Source: Minisyncoccota bacterium (GTDB lineage Bacteria; Patescibacteriota; Minisyncoccia; Moranbacterales; UBA1568). From it: 64,000 nt of DNA. Shown in pieces: positions 47,594 to 58,253 of this stretch; the stretch's first letter is position 1; each line of letters begins with the position of its first letter. The notes under the pieces are model-generated. The model was not told the DNA's origin. It saw only the letters and a program-made list of their open reading frames with translations, and did no database searches. The translations under genes and the position numbers were made by a program. Where the stretch lies: positions 329,171-393,170 of the forward strand of contig JBPPMJ010000003.1 of the NCBI GenBank assembly GCA_051306005.1, read 5' to 3'.

Positions 47594-49024
47594 TTACTCC
47601 ACCAGCTGGAGCAACTCTTTCTCGATTAGTTCCCAGAGACTCTCTCTTTTTTTCACTACGTCGCTTTTCCTCTCATTGGAAAGATTTTCTTCGTGTATCT
47701 TTTTCACATTATCCGACACGATATGCAATTGTGAAAATCGGATACCTAAACTGTTTGCTTCTTTCGCAAAATGTCCTACTTCTGGATCAACAAATGCGTA
47801 CTTGCCTGCCACGGAACGGACGAATGCATTGGATTCCTGCATCACGGATGGCAAAGTGTAGTGCTTGCCACTGACAAAAGCATCAGATTGGGTGCCAAAT
47901 ATATTTTTCCAATGAACAGTCTCCCCATTTACGTTCGACTCATCCATAACGGCAATTCTTGTGTTTGGGATGATGGTATCGATGAAAGTACCTAATTTTC
48001 CTACGTAAATAAATGTATGGCACTGGGTATGCTTGTGAGTTGCCCTCAAGAATGAAGTCGCCGCATTACCCCAAACACTATACTCACACCCTATGAATAG
48101 GATTGACTTACCAATATTCCTTTTATATTCATAAAATGACACTTCTCCTCTCTTCATCCACTTGACATCTGATAGCATTGGCAGCTTGTCTACGTTTCCA
48201 TAAACAACGATATCAGATTTTGGAATATCACCTGTAATAGTATTCTCAACAGCCTTGAATGTCGCATCTTCACCCGGTAAATAATATGATACTTTTGTTT
48301 CTGGGCTATGACGATCCAAGTAATTATCTACCAACATAGAATAGTGCAAAATATAATCGGCAATCGGAAAGCAGGTGAGATATAATGTTCCATTTTCATA
48401 GAAAGTGGTCGGTCGCTTATAGTTGAATAACTTATCATTTTTTTCCTTTTTTGAAACCAGCGTACCCCTATCATAAATAGGAACAACAATCACATTCCTG
48501 ATATCATTCAGATAATCCGTCAAAATATGATGCATTTTCATATCAACATATTCATTCAAATATTTTCCCATACTGTGATTTGCAGCACTGATTTGAAAGT
48601 TGTTAAAATACTCCGTGTTTGAACTCAGATGGGATATGAACAAATAAATCGGGTAGTCGACAAAGTACGGCAACAAATCAACCGGAACAAATGAAATTTC
48701 CTCATGTTTATCTTGTTCATTGTTATGCAATGTGGAAATATCTTCGACAGATCCAAGAAAGTAAAGACCTACCCAATGCGTATCCCCGATCAGCATTTTA
48801 CGCTCAGTAACGAGCGATAGCGAAGAGACATCCAGATTTGTTTCTTCCTTGATTTCTCTCACGAGGGACTCTCCAGTATTTTCTCCCCACTCCAAAGTGC
48901 CTCCCGGCAACATCCATGCACCAGCACCGATCTTCTGATGATTATTCTTTTTTATGAGAAGGAGTCTTTTCTTGTCTTTACTCAGAATGACCGCTCTCGT
49001 ATACACCTTGAATTGCTTATCCAC
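47594..49024 (-). CDS. NUDIX hydrolase fused to a nucleoside phosphorylase (PNP/UDP)-like domain
   Basis: Nudix box PGGTLEWGENTGESLVREIKEETNL; C-terminal IYVGKLG, GKHYTLPSVMQE, VDPE and LHIVSDN. Confidence 0.75.
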   Translation of the reverse strand: MDKQFKVYTRAVILSKDKKRLLLIKKNNHQKIGAGAWMLPGGTLEWGENTGESLVREIKEETNLDVSSLSLVTERKMLIGDTHWVGLYFLGSVEDISTLHNNEQDKHEEISFVPVDLLPYFVDYPIYLFISHLSSNTEYFNNFQISAANHSMGKYLNEYVDMKMHHILTDYLNDIRNVIVVPIYDRGTLVSKKEKNDKLFNYKRPTTFYENGTLYLTCFPIADYILHYSMLVDNYLDRHSPETKVSYYLPGEDATFKAVENTITGDIPKSDIVVYGNVDKLPMLSDVKWMKRGEVSFYEYKRNIGKSILFIGCEYSVWGNAATSFLRATHKHTQCHTFIYVGKLGTFIDTIIPNTRIAVMDESNVNGETVHWKNIFGTQSDAFVSGKHYTLPSVMQESNAFVRSVAGKYAFVDPEVGHFAKEANSLGIRFSQLHIVSDNVKKIHEENLSNERKSDVVKKRESLWELIEKELLQLVE

Positions 49025-49328
49025 AACAATGTAGCATCAAAAAAGTACTTATTGTCCAAGACAAAACTCACAAAAGTAACTCAATCCTAAACTCAAACTA
49101 CATTTTTATAGTACCTCCCGCAGACACTTTGTGCCCCTCGCGTTGCAATCTCACACACAATCCCCCACCCGCTAAATCACGCGATACCATCAATATGTTC
49201 ATACCGCATCACATTTTAGAGATAAAACATTCGTTCGATAATAACATTATATCGTCATTTTGTCAATAGCACAATAGCTAGTGAATTCAAACTCCGACAC
49301 TCACATATACCACCCCCCTTGGTATATT

Positions 49329-49499
<171 letters not shown>

Positions 49500-49670
49500 C
49501 TAAAACCCATAAATGTTAGGAATCTTAAGGCTTTTTCAGGTGTGTCTATCAAGCCTTGGGATTTGAAGAGGCCGTGCCGAATTTTCGATGGCAAAATGAG
49601 ACACGATACAGCGTATGTCTCACTTTACCCTACTAGGGTAATTTTTTTAACACGCTCCCCCACCTTCTTT

Positions 49671-50102
49671 TTAATATTTTTTTAAAATTTTCCCTCTTTT
49701 TTGAGCGCTGGAGATATGCTGACTCAGTAGCTCATGAATATCTCGAGTAATTTTGCTAGTTTTGATGTCTTTAACAGTGTCATCATACCAGTCAGAGCCT
49801 CGATCTATATTGCTATATCGTTCAACTCCTTCAAGAAATTTTTCTGGCTCTCCGCTAATCTGAAATCCCTGAAATACCTTTCTTACAAACTTTTTAAAAC
49901 CAACTCTTTTTTGAATCAGCCCTATTGACTCTCTAACTTTGATGGAATCTGAGACAGTTAATCTGATAAGACTGTTGGTCTCTTTTTTACAAAAACTGCA
50001 GTATTGTAACTTCTTCTATCCTCCGCACTCTTTACAAGATCGTTCAATCGTTTGTGAACTTTGATTATCTTTTTTGAAGAAAGCTTTTAGATTCTCTAGC
50101 AT
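49671..50102 (-). pseudogene. Zn-ribbon (CxxC..CxxC) protein with an internal stop
   Basis: MLENLK..CKECGG*KKLQYCSFCKKET..IDRGSDWYDDTVKD..; 144-codon frame with TAG at codon 29 (50016-18). Confidence 0.6.
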
Positions 50103-50104
50103 AA

Positions 50105-50821
50105 TTATTCAGATACAAGTAATTTTAGCGTTTCTTCAATCTCTAGAACTTTATCCTCTGAAAGAGTTTCTTTCTGCGTATCTAGTATAACTTTCAAAAG
50201 AAAATCCTTCTGTACGACAAACACCCGGTCTACAGGATTGAGACCAAAATGCATGATTGCTTTACCTGAAAATACTAATATAGGCTTTACCCAAATTTCA
50301 ACCCCGTTCTTCTTTAAGAATTCATGCAAAGACTTAGACTCACTTTTAGCCTGTTTAAGAAAATCTTTCCCCGGAGAAAAGCCATTAACTGAAAGTTTTT
50401 CATTTTTATATTCAACTATTCCCTTATGACTCTTTACTTCAACCGTAAAGATTCCCGTTGGACCAACTACTACCAAGTCAATATTAGATAGTTTTTGTAT
50501 TTTCACATCAAAGAATATCCGAAAGGTATCTGGTAATTTCTTAAGTTCCTTAAGAATAATACTCTCCCCTTCTCTTCCTTGAAAAAACTTATCTGAGATC
50601 TTCTGATCTTCCTTGTAGAACTTGTAGATCAGGATAGATAAAAAAGATACTAAGGTAAGCGTCACCAAAAGACCGATTAACTTATTTGAATAAAGCGAAA
50701 GAGCTTGAACTAAAATAAGCGCTATGGAAACCCCCCCTAACCAAGTTAAGCAAGCCTTAATAGCATAATGAAAATCTTTCTTGCGAAGATAGCTACTTGG
50801 TTTTCCGTAAACTTTTGCCAT
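50105..50821 (-). CDS. NERD-domain nuclease-related protein with two N-terminal TM helices
   Basis: GREGE, NIDLVVVGPTGIFTVEVKSH and KQA motifs. Confidence 0.88.
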   Translation of the reverse strand: MAKVYGKPSSYLRKKDFHYAIKACLTWLGGVSIALILVQALSLYSNKLIGLLVTLTLVSFLSILIYKFYKEDQKISDKFFQGREGESIILKELKKLPDTFRIFFDVKIQKLSNIDLVVVGPTGIFTVEVKSHKGIVEYKNEKLSVNGFSPGKDFLKQAKSESKSLHEFLKKNGVEIWVKPILVFSGKAIMHFGLNPVDRVFVVQKDFLLKVILDTQKETLSEDKVLEIEETLKLLVSE

Positions 50822-50824
50822 ATT

Positions 50825-51262
50825 TTAAACTGGTTTCTTTTTTGTAAAATGAGTATATGTCTTTTTCTTCACTTTACCATCTTCATAAACCAGAAAAATG
50901 TTTAACTTCAAAATATTCCAGCCAAAGGTCATATTCTTAATTTTTGCTGTGTACACTTTTTCCCACTCTGCGGGAATCGCCAAAGCATAAGTTCGTGCAC
51001 AATTTACACTATTCCCCTTTATATCCATACGAGCAACTATTTGTCCGAGCATCATATAGAATGCGTTGTGTTTTGTTTGATGAGTATATTTATCGTTTTT
51101 ACCATCGCCTTTCGCTTCTACAAGCATAATCTTTCTCCACTTTGGATGCCAAGCTCGAATATCCCAATCATGCTGACCGACTAAACGAGGATCATTAGTA
51201 AGAGTCCAACCCTTTTCTTCTAGGTATGTTCTCACGCTCATTTCTACTTCTTGTTCACTCAT
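50825..51262 (-). CDS. Small PD-(D/E)xK restriction-endonuclease-like protein
   Basis: SEQEV..YLEEKGW, WDIRA, LVEAKG and LGQIV motifs. Confidence 0.7.
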   Translation of the reverse strand: MSEQEVEMSVRTYLEEKGWTLTNDPRLVGQHDWDIRAWHPKWRKIMLVEAKGDGKNDKYTHQTKHNAFYMMLGQIVARMDIKGNSVNCARTYALAIPAEWEKVYTAKIKNMTFGWNILKLNIFLVYEDGKVKKKTYTHFTKKKPV

Positions 51263-51316
51263 AGATTTTATCTTCCCATTACTCAAACACTTTAAATATA
51301 CCACCTTTCTCATGAT

Positions 51317-51985
51317 TCAAGAAATTAATTTTTGCAGACATTTGAAATCAAAAATGCCATTAGATCCTAATTTAAAATTAAACTCCCCATTTAGTCTCTG
51401 TCTGTGCTTCTGATTTGTAAAAGAGAGTAAGTGATACTCATTATGCGTTGGTGTATGTTTTAATAATGATATACAATACAGGTGCAAAAATACTTCTTCT
51501 TTAAAAAAATTCTTTAAGAAATCTTGCCATTCAAAGCAGTTTAGATTATTTTTGGAATATAAATCGCTAAAAACTAGCAAGGATTTATCTTTTCTATAAT
51601 CCAATCCTTTTTTTCCTTTTATTTCCTTTATATGCTTCAGGATGTAGTCATTTATACTTTCCTGCGACCCTCTTTCAACAAACTTTCCTGGCAAGTAAAT
51701 CTGCTCTACATGTTCATTGTATCCAGTATAAGTTTTATCATTGCTTAATTGCACAACCGCACCATCATCTGATAATTGTTTATTTGTTGAAAAAAACCAC
51801 TGTGCAGGTTCAAGTTCATTTCTAAGATAACAGAGAATACCTAGGTCAAAGAGTTCTCGTAAACTTACTTCATATTTTTCAATTTTTCATGAGTTTTCTA
51901 AACATTTTGATCCAGATAATATGAGCTCTTTTGATACCTCTTTCAAAGCCTCCTGATAAGGATATAGTACAACTTTGTAACGCAT
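51317..51985 (-). pseudogene. Disrupted AT-rich hypothetical gene
   Basis: ATG at 51985 (MRYKVVLYPYQEALKEV..) terminates early; a 145-aa frame continues at 51754-51317. Confidence 0.5.
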
Positions 51986-51994
51986 AGGCTTACT

Positions 51995-52560
51995 TCATTT
52001 TTTCTTCAATGTATATTCTGCAATCTTTCTAAGAGCCTCCTCCTCTTCTACACCCAGTAAGCGATCCTGAAGAAATCCTAGGCGATAAATAACCCCATCA
52101 CTCATCAGACGCCAATTTAGTGTCCTCAAGAGTTTTTTTTAGAAGTCGCTTCAAATCATATTCACTAGCCATTTTTGTACGATCGCCCTTGCCATCATAA
52201 ACACCAAAGGGGACTATCACACCTTTCCCAATTTCAGGATTCAATAGCTGGAATTTAATATATCCAGATTTTTCCAATATCGGACTAAGCAATTTCTCCA
52301 AATCACTATCGTAAGTTTCTTTATTTTTTCCAATGCATCATATAACTCCTTATTTTCTTCCTTCTCTTTCCATCCATTAGTCAGTGTTTTCAGCAAATTC
52401 AGTCTTACTCTTTGTGCCATATATTCGGCACCTTCTTCTCGCGACAAACAATATTTTTTCGATCCATTCCAAAGCTTGGATCAGTAGATTATTCTTTCAC
52501 GCTCAAATCAAAAGTGTCCACATCTTCATTTCCACATTGGGAACAAACATAAGTTGTGGT
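51995..52560 (-). pseudogene. Frameshifted hypothetical gene
   Basis: Consecutive frames: MSREEGAEY.., EKLLSPILEKSGYIKF..LKRLLKKTLEDT and GVIYRLGFLQDRLLGVEEEEALRK. Confidence 0.6.
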
Positions 52561-52590
52561 TATGGCTCTATGTAAGAATAGTGAAGTAAT

Positions 52591-53370
52591 TCAAATATCC
52601 TCAGCTATTTTTGGTGAAAAATGACGGTAAGAAAGAACGCTCAATGCCAGGGCGGTCAGAATAGCAAAAATAAAAAGCGTGCTCTGCCACGGATCGGGAT
52701 AGTGATTGTTAATAAGTGATTCCTTGGTAAAGTGGATGATAAAAGCAATTGGATTGAGCAAAAGGATTTGCTGAATATACAAAGGCATTAACTGAAGTGA
52801 ATAAAAAACAGGCGTGGCATAAAAAAGTATCTGCAAGAGAACTTCCCAGATCATCGAGAGGTCACGGAATTTGACATACAGCGGTGCCATGAAAAGAGCA
52901 AAAGCAATCACGATAATATATATAAGCATTGATGATAGTATGAAAAGGGCGATAGCACCTGGACTCGGGAGAAACTGTTTCCATACAAAAAAGATTATCA
53001 CGACCGAAAGATTCATCACATAGATCAAAGTAGCGTTGAGTGTGGATGCGAGTATGATGGTCCAACGCGGGATATATATTTTTGTAACGAGCTGGGACTT
53101 GGCGAGCAGAGACTGCATACCAGCACTCGTTCCTTCAGAAAAAAAATTGAACATCAGGATGCCAACGAGGAGTTGGAGTGAGTAGTATTCGTTATCAGTA
53201 CCGTGCGGATTAAAAATAGATGAAAAGACAAAATTGAGTATAGCAAAAGTAAGCAATGGTTTCAGCAACGCCCATAGATAACCCAAAACAGAACCATGGT
53301 AACGGAGTTTGAAATCGGTCTTGGCAAGCATCCAGACCAATTCACGATAATTTTCGTGTTTCTTGAGCAT
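52591..53370 (-). CDS. wzm: ABC-2 polysaccharide export permease (Wzm/TagG)
   Basis: DFKLRYHGSVLGYLW, KIYIPR, FRDL, FYATPVFY and LNP motifs. Confidence 0.92.
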   Translation of the reverse strand: MLKKHENYRELVWMLAKTDFKLRYHGSVLGYLWALLKPLLTFAILNFVFSSIFNPHGTDNEYYSLQLLVGILMFNFFSEGTSAGMQSLLAKSQLVTKIYIPRWTIILASTLNATLIYVMNLSVVIIFFVWKQFLPSPGAIALFILSSMLIYIIVIAFALFMAPLYVKFRDLSMIWEVLLQILFYATPVFYSLQLMPLYIQQILLLNPIAFIIHFTKESLINNHYPDPWQSTLFIFAILTALALSVLSYRHFSPKIAEDI

Positions 53371-53442
53371 AAGGATATTCTATCATATTCCACTAAACAC
53401 AGATGATCAAAAAAACACAGCCAACCAATATCATCATTCCTT

Positions 53443-53796
53443 TTATACGGCAGTGGGTGACGAACGCAAGAGTCCCCAATGAATAAGAGCGTGAATCAAG
53501 GAGAGAACAAGCGCGCCGAGTACAGCAACCCAAAAACCACGTATTTCAAAACCTTTGACGACCCCACTCAAAAGCCAAAGCAAAAATCCATTAATAATAA
53601 AAGTAAAAATTCCAAAAGTAAGCATATTGAACGGTAGGGTCAACAGCAACAGAATCGGTTTGATGGTGATGCCCACCAATCCCCAGAGTAACGCCAAGAC
53701 GAGTGCTGTCCCAAAACTCTGCACCGTAATCCCTGATACGATATATGGTAATGCCAAAAACCCCAATGCACTGAGTGCCCATTTGAATAACAACAT
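53443..53796 (-). CDS. 4-TM phage-holin-family (YvlD-like) membrane protein
   Basis: IKPILLLLTLPFNMLTFGIFTFIING and GFWVAVLGALVLS motifs. Confidence 0.88.
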   Translation of the reverse strand: MLLFKWALSALGFLALPYIVSGITVQSFGTALVLALLWGLVGITIKPILLLLTLPFNMLTFGIFTFIINGFLLWLLSGVVKGFEIRGFWVAVLGALVLSLIHALIHWGLLRSSPTAV

Positions 53797-53901
53797 AATA
53801 TATATATCGATTACCTATTACTTTTTTAGTATATCATGGTTTCAGAAAAATAACATCCAGTGAAACAATTAGTACCATAGTATCGAAGATACGTATATAA
53901 T

Positions 53902-55329
53902 TTATTGTTTGTTATTACGTCGACGACGTAAGAGAGCGCCCGCAGTTTTCAAACAGATAGAGATATCCAGCCAAAGGGACCAGTTTTCGATATAGTAGAC
54001 ATCCAGACGATATTCATCTTCAAATGCCAAGTCTGAGCGCCCAGACACTTGTGCCATACCAGTCACACCTGGCTTAATAGTCAAGAGACGACGATGATAC
54101 TCAGAATAACGTTCCACTTCACGTTCTTGGTGTGGCCGTGGTCCGACAAGACTCATGTTACCCCGCAAAACATTGAAAAATTGCGGAATCTCATCCAAAG
54201 AAAAACGCTCAATAATAGCACCAATCCGCATCCGTCGTGGATCATCTTTGATTTTATACAAAATCCCACCCTGACGGCTGTTACGTTCGGCAATAAGGCG
54301 TTTTTCAAATGCTACCGCTTCCGCTAATTGTGGGTTGGCGGGCGTGATACAGTATTTCCATCGCATATAACGAAATTTATAGACAAAGAACTTGTGTCCA
54401 TTTTCTCCGATGCGTTCGTTTTTATAGACAATGGGTCCAGTAGGGTCTTCCAACTTAATCAGAAGAGCGATGAACGCCATCAACGGTGAAAACAACAGCG
54501 TCAAACCAGTGCCGGCAATAATGTCATACATCCGCTTGAGAACACGTCCCCAACCATCCAGTGGCGTGTGTTGATATTCGATGAGCGGCTCTCCATTGAA
54601 AATTCGCATCGTGAAACGGGTAGTCTGCAATGTCGTAGGAAAATATCGATAAGTAATGTTGTGGATCTGACAAAAATCAAACAGTTTCGCTTGCTCATCA
54701 TCAGTTAGCGTTGCGTCACCAATAATAATCTCATCCACACCACTTCGCTCACGGATTTCTTTGATGTGAGTGATGCTCGCGTCACCTATTTGATCGATAA
54801 CCTTGTAACCAAGCGCCTTGTCATGAATGAGAGTATCATACAGTTTCTTCATTTTTTCATTGGCACCAATCAAGAGTACGCGATGAACGCCGATACCGCG
54901 ATGCACCAAAAACCAACGCTGGATTTTTTGGATTAAAAAACGAGCAATCACAATATAGAACACACCAAATGACCAACCAACCAAAATAACAAAACGTGAT
55001 GAAAACCATTCACGATTCAAAAAAACAGCGACAATGAGAACAATCAAACCTAAAGTAAGCGCTTTGGCAACACCATAGGCTTCCTGCCAAGAACGACGTG
55101 TCACACGCATCGTATATAATCCTTCTAAGGCAAAAATAAACAGAAAAATTGGAGACACTATCAAAACAAAGTCCAGATAATCACGAAAAGAAAGGGCAAA
55201 AACACGAGAGACATACCCTTCAAATATCGGTAATCCACGTAAAAAATATGCCGTAGTGGATGCCAGCAAAATCATCAACAAATCAATTGGTACTTGGATG
55301 ACACTGAAAAATATTTCCGAACGTTTCAT
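53902..55329 (-). CDS. Polyprenyl-phosphate hexose-1-phosphate transferase (WcaJ/WbaP family)
   Basis: KRMYDI, YKFRYM, DDPR, SLDEIPQFFNVLRGNMSLVGPRP and KPGVTGMAQVSGR motifs. Confidence 0.93.
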   Translation of the reverse strand: MKRSEIFFSVIQVPIDLLMILLASTTAYFLRGLPIFEGYVSRVFALSFRDYLDFVLIVSPIFLFIFALEGLYTMRVTRRSWQEAYGVAKALTLGLIVLIVAVFLNREWFSSRFVILVGWSFGVFYIVIARFLIQKIQRWFLVHRGIGVHRVLLIGANEKMKKLYDTLIHDKALGYKVIDQIGDASITHIKEIRERSGVDEIIIGDATLTDDEQAKLFDFCQIHNITYRYFPTTLQTTRFTMRIFNGEPLIEYQHTPLDGWGRVLKRMYDIIAGTGLTLLFSPLMAFIALLIKLEDPTGPIVYKNERIGENGHKFFVYKFRYMRWKYCITPANPQLAEAVAFEKRLIAERNSRQGGILYKIKDDPRRMRIGAIIERFSLDEIPQFFNVLRGNMSLVGPRPHQEREVERYSEYHRRLLTIKPGVTGMAQVSGRSDLAFEDEYRLDVYYIENWSLWLDISICLKTAGALLRRRRNNKQ

Positions 55330-55400
55330 AGTGTAAAATCAAAGACGAGTGAATACTACGAGTATACCTCGAAAGGCATCTTTTGTCAGAGGTTATGCCA

Positions 55401-55799
55401 TGGTTCTTTTCCGAGACAAATCTATAAGCCGGATTCTGTTTCCGCCTAACGACGGATGATTATCATTTCTCTTGTTTTATCGTTACCGACAAAATCTTTG
55501 CGGTACTCCCCTAATGGGGCACGACCTTGCACTCAAGTAAGGATTTTGCCGTTTCACTCTTTGCTTGGACTCAAGGCTCACGCCTCAAGCGTATACAAAG
55601 ATTCAACCCATTTATCGGGTCGCTGTCATCCTTGCAAATAACAGCGTCACTGTTCGCACCTCGTGAGTCACCTCAGACGGGTGTTACCCGCTACTCGCTG
55701 TCAACACCGAAGCGTTGACGAGTGTCCGGACTTTCCTCCCTCCCAAAACAAAAATGCCTCGGGACGCGCGATAATCCGATTTGTCCCGGAAAAGAACCA
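55401..55799 (-). ncRNA. rnpB: RNase P RNA (bacterial type A-like)
   Basis: Minus strand contains GAGGAAAGTCCGGAC (CR-I) and AACAGAATCCGGCTTAT (CR-V); the two termini pair. Confidence 0.95.
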
Positions 55800-55809
55800 C
55801 GGAATTCAC

Positions 55810-55838
55810 AATATAGCATAAAAAAGCATATTTGTCAA
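55810..55838 (-). promoter_or_regulatory. rnpB promoter (TTGACA-17-TATATT, extended TG)
   Basis: Minus strand ttgaca-aatatgcttttttatgc-tatatt just upstream of rnpB. Confidence 0.65.
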
Positions 55839-55839
55839 T

Positions 55840-58242
55840 CTATAGGCGCAAATATGCTCCAAAACGCATTTGAGCCGTCTTAACGATACGATCGAACACT
55901 TCATCCATTTCTTGGCTGGAAAGTGTCCGATCTGGCACGCCAAAAGAAAGATGGAAAGCAAACCGTTTTTCCGTTCCCTGTTCGTAGATATCAAAAAGCT
56001 CACTTTTATGCAAAAGTGGAGCTCCTATTTCCGCGATGAGCGCCTCAACGTTGGCAACACTCACATATTGATTCTCCCGTTGTGGAAACGTCAGCGAAAT
56101 GTCACGGATAGCCAATGGAAATTTTTGCAATGGTTCGAAAAATGGTTGTGGTGATATGGAACGCAAGATGAAAAGAGGATTGAATTCCGCTATTGCTGTG
56201 CGTTCATCCACACCAAAATCTCGCGCCACTATCGGATGCAGTTCACCCATCACGCCGAGAAGTGTTTTTCCAACAAGTATTTCTGCGCTTCGTGTTGGGT
56301 GCATGAGTGATGTGACTGGCATAATATTTTGTGGATCAAGTGACCGCCAGACTGCATTGGTCACTCCCATACTCTGAAGAAAAGTATTGACTTGTCCTTT
56401 GAGAACAAAAAAACTTGCTCCTGGTGTAGTAGATTTCTTAGCAAGGGTAGATGTCAGGAAAAGAGATTTGTTTTCACTCACAGATTTTTTCTTGATATCT
56501 TGAGAAAAAACACTTGCCCATTGGAAACATTGAAAATGATCAAAGTGACGCAGATTTTCTCGGACCTTGCGAAGCATCATCGGCGCTAACGTCATATTGA
56601 GCAATTTTTGTTCAGGACTGAGAGGGTTGGCAAGAAAAAGGTGAGTCTCTCGCAACAAGCGAGCAGAAACTTGTTCGCGCTCTCCATAAAAAGCGTATGT
56701 CATCAATTCATCAAACCCGACGGCAGACAAATATTTTTTAACACGTCGTTCAAATTGTTTATCTGGATTCAGTACGGCAGGTGTCAATGGAATGCTCGGA
56801 GCGACAGCAGGAATATGATCATAGCCATGGATACGTCCTATTTCTTCAATAAGATTCCATTCATCCTGCAGATCTGGACGGCGGGTCGGCACAATAACAC
56901 TCACCGCTTCCTGATTGGCAATTTTTTTCACTGTCAACCCAAGTAAGGCTAGTGATTGAACTACACTAAACAATGGAAGAGTAATACCGAGCACATCTTC
57001 TACTCGTTTCAATGAAAGAGAGATTTTCCAATGTTTCAAAGGTTTAGTATAGAGATCACGGTATCCGACACATTTTCCACCAGCCAGTGTTGTCAAGAGA
57101 ATATTGGCATCACGAGCTGTTTCTTCACACAAGTTGGCATCAAGTTGACGTTCAAAACGATAACTAGCATCGGTTACGAGATTATGATTGGTACGAGTTC
57201 GTCGAATACTCGGGCCGTCAAAGGTGGCAATTTCCAAAAAAATATTTTTAGTGGCTGGCGTTATGGCAGAACTCTGTCCACCCATAACCCCGGCCAGCGC
57301 CACGGCATGACGCGTATCAGCGATTACAATATCTTGTGGATGCAGAATAATTTTTTTTCCTCCCAAAAGAATGAATTTCTCATTTTTCTTGGCACGGCGT
57401 ACGGCAAGAGGACCATCCAATAAATCAGCATCAAAAGCATGTATCGGTTGACCAGTAAGTAACATCAAGTAATTGGTTGCGTCCACAACATTATTGACAG
57501 GGTGAATGCCAGACAAAATAAGCCTAACTTTGAGCCACAGTGGTGATTGACGAACGGTTATACCACGTAAAGCGAGACCGATATACCGTTGACAAAGTAT
57601 TTTTTCGGTGATAGTGACGCGAGGAATACGATTATATGAAGCAATTTTGATAGGCTTGGCAGAATGACTTGCAAAATGTGGCGCATGACCATCTAGTGCT
57701 GCGATTTCCCGAGCAATACCCTGATAGGAGAGCGCATCCGATCCGCGATCCGGCAAAATTTTGATTTCTATGACCGTGTCATCCAATCCAACGGCATCAG
57801 CAAAAGCCGTGCCAATGAGTGTGTCTGCCGACAACACGAGAATACCAGTATGGTCATCGCTCAAGCCCAATTCTTTAGCAGAGCAAATCATACCAGTTGA
57901 AGCAATTCCGCGAATAGTCGTTTCTTGAATAATAACATTTCCTGGTAGCACGGTACCAGGCAAAGCGACGGCGACCTTTTGCCCAATGACAATATTAGGT
58001 GCACCACACACAATTTGACGCGTGTCTTTTTTGCCCAAATAAATGTGTGCGATGCGCAGTTTTTCGGCATTGGGATGTACCTCAAGATTCATCACCTCTC
58101 CGACCATGACACCTTCTAGATGATGTGCAAAACGTTCCACGCTTTCTACTTCAAAAGCATGTGTCATCAAAAGTTTTGCCAATTGTTCGGGAGTTTTCTT
58201 GGTTCCGGAAAGCTCACGGAGCCAGCGATACGAATAACGCAT
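55840..58242 (-). CDS. pheT: Phenylalanyl-tRNA synthetase beta subunit
   Basis: IVCGAPN, GMICSAKELG, NNVVDATNY and RDIS motifs. Confidence 0.96.
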   Translation of the reverse strand: MRYSYRWLRELSGTKKTPEQLAKLLMTHAFEVESVERFAHHLEGVMVGEVMNLEVHPNAEKLRIAHIYLGKKDTRQIVCGAPNIVIGQKVAVALPGTVLPGNVIIQETTIRGIASTGMICSAKELGLSDDHTGILVLSADTLIGTAFADAVGLDDTVIEIKILPDRGSDALSYQGIAREIAALDGHAPHFASHSAKPIKIASYNRIPRVTITEKILCQRYIGLALRGITVRQSPLWLKVRLILSGIHPVNNVVDATNYLMLLTGQPIHAFDADLLDGPLAVRRAKKNEKFILLGGKKIILHPQDIVIADTRHAVALAGVMGGQSSAITPATKNIFLEIATFDGPSIRRTRTNHNLVTDASYRFERQLDANLCEETARDANILLTTLAGGKCVGYRDLYTKPLKHWKISLSLKRVEDVLGITLPLFSVVQSLALLGLTVKKIANQEAVSVIVPTRRPDLQDEWNLIEEIGRIHGYDHIPAVAPSIPLTPAVLNPDKQFERRVKKYLSAVGFDELMTYAFYGEREQVSARLLRETHLFLANPLSPEQKLLNMTLAPMMLRKVRENLRHFDHFQCFQWASVFSQDIKKKSVSENKSLFLTSTLAKKSTTPGASFFVLKGQVNTFLQSMGVTNAVWRSLDPQNIMPVTSLMHPTRSAEILVGKTLLGVMGELHPIVARDFGVDERTAIAEFNPLFILRSISPQPFFEPLQKFPLAIRDISLTFPQRENQYVSVANVEALIAEIGAPLLHKSELFDIYEQGTEKRFAFHLSFGVPDRTLSSQEMDEVFDRIVKTAQMRFGAYLRL

Positions 58243-58253
58243 AAGGAAGCTGT

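Noticed and set aside
38546-49024. Detocs-type defence system (kinase + receiver + PNP effector)
   Set aside because: The kinase is a multi-TM membrane sensor, the PNP-like domain is fused to NUDIX rather than REC, and the genes are in separate operons.
53443-53796. Holin as evidence of a prophage
   Set aside because: The YvlD-like 4-TM family is common in chromosomes, and there are no lysin, capsid or terminase genes nearby.
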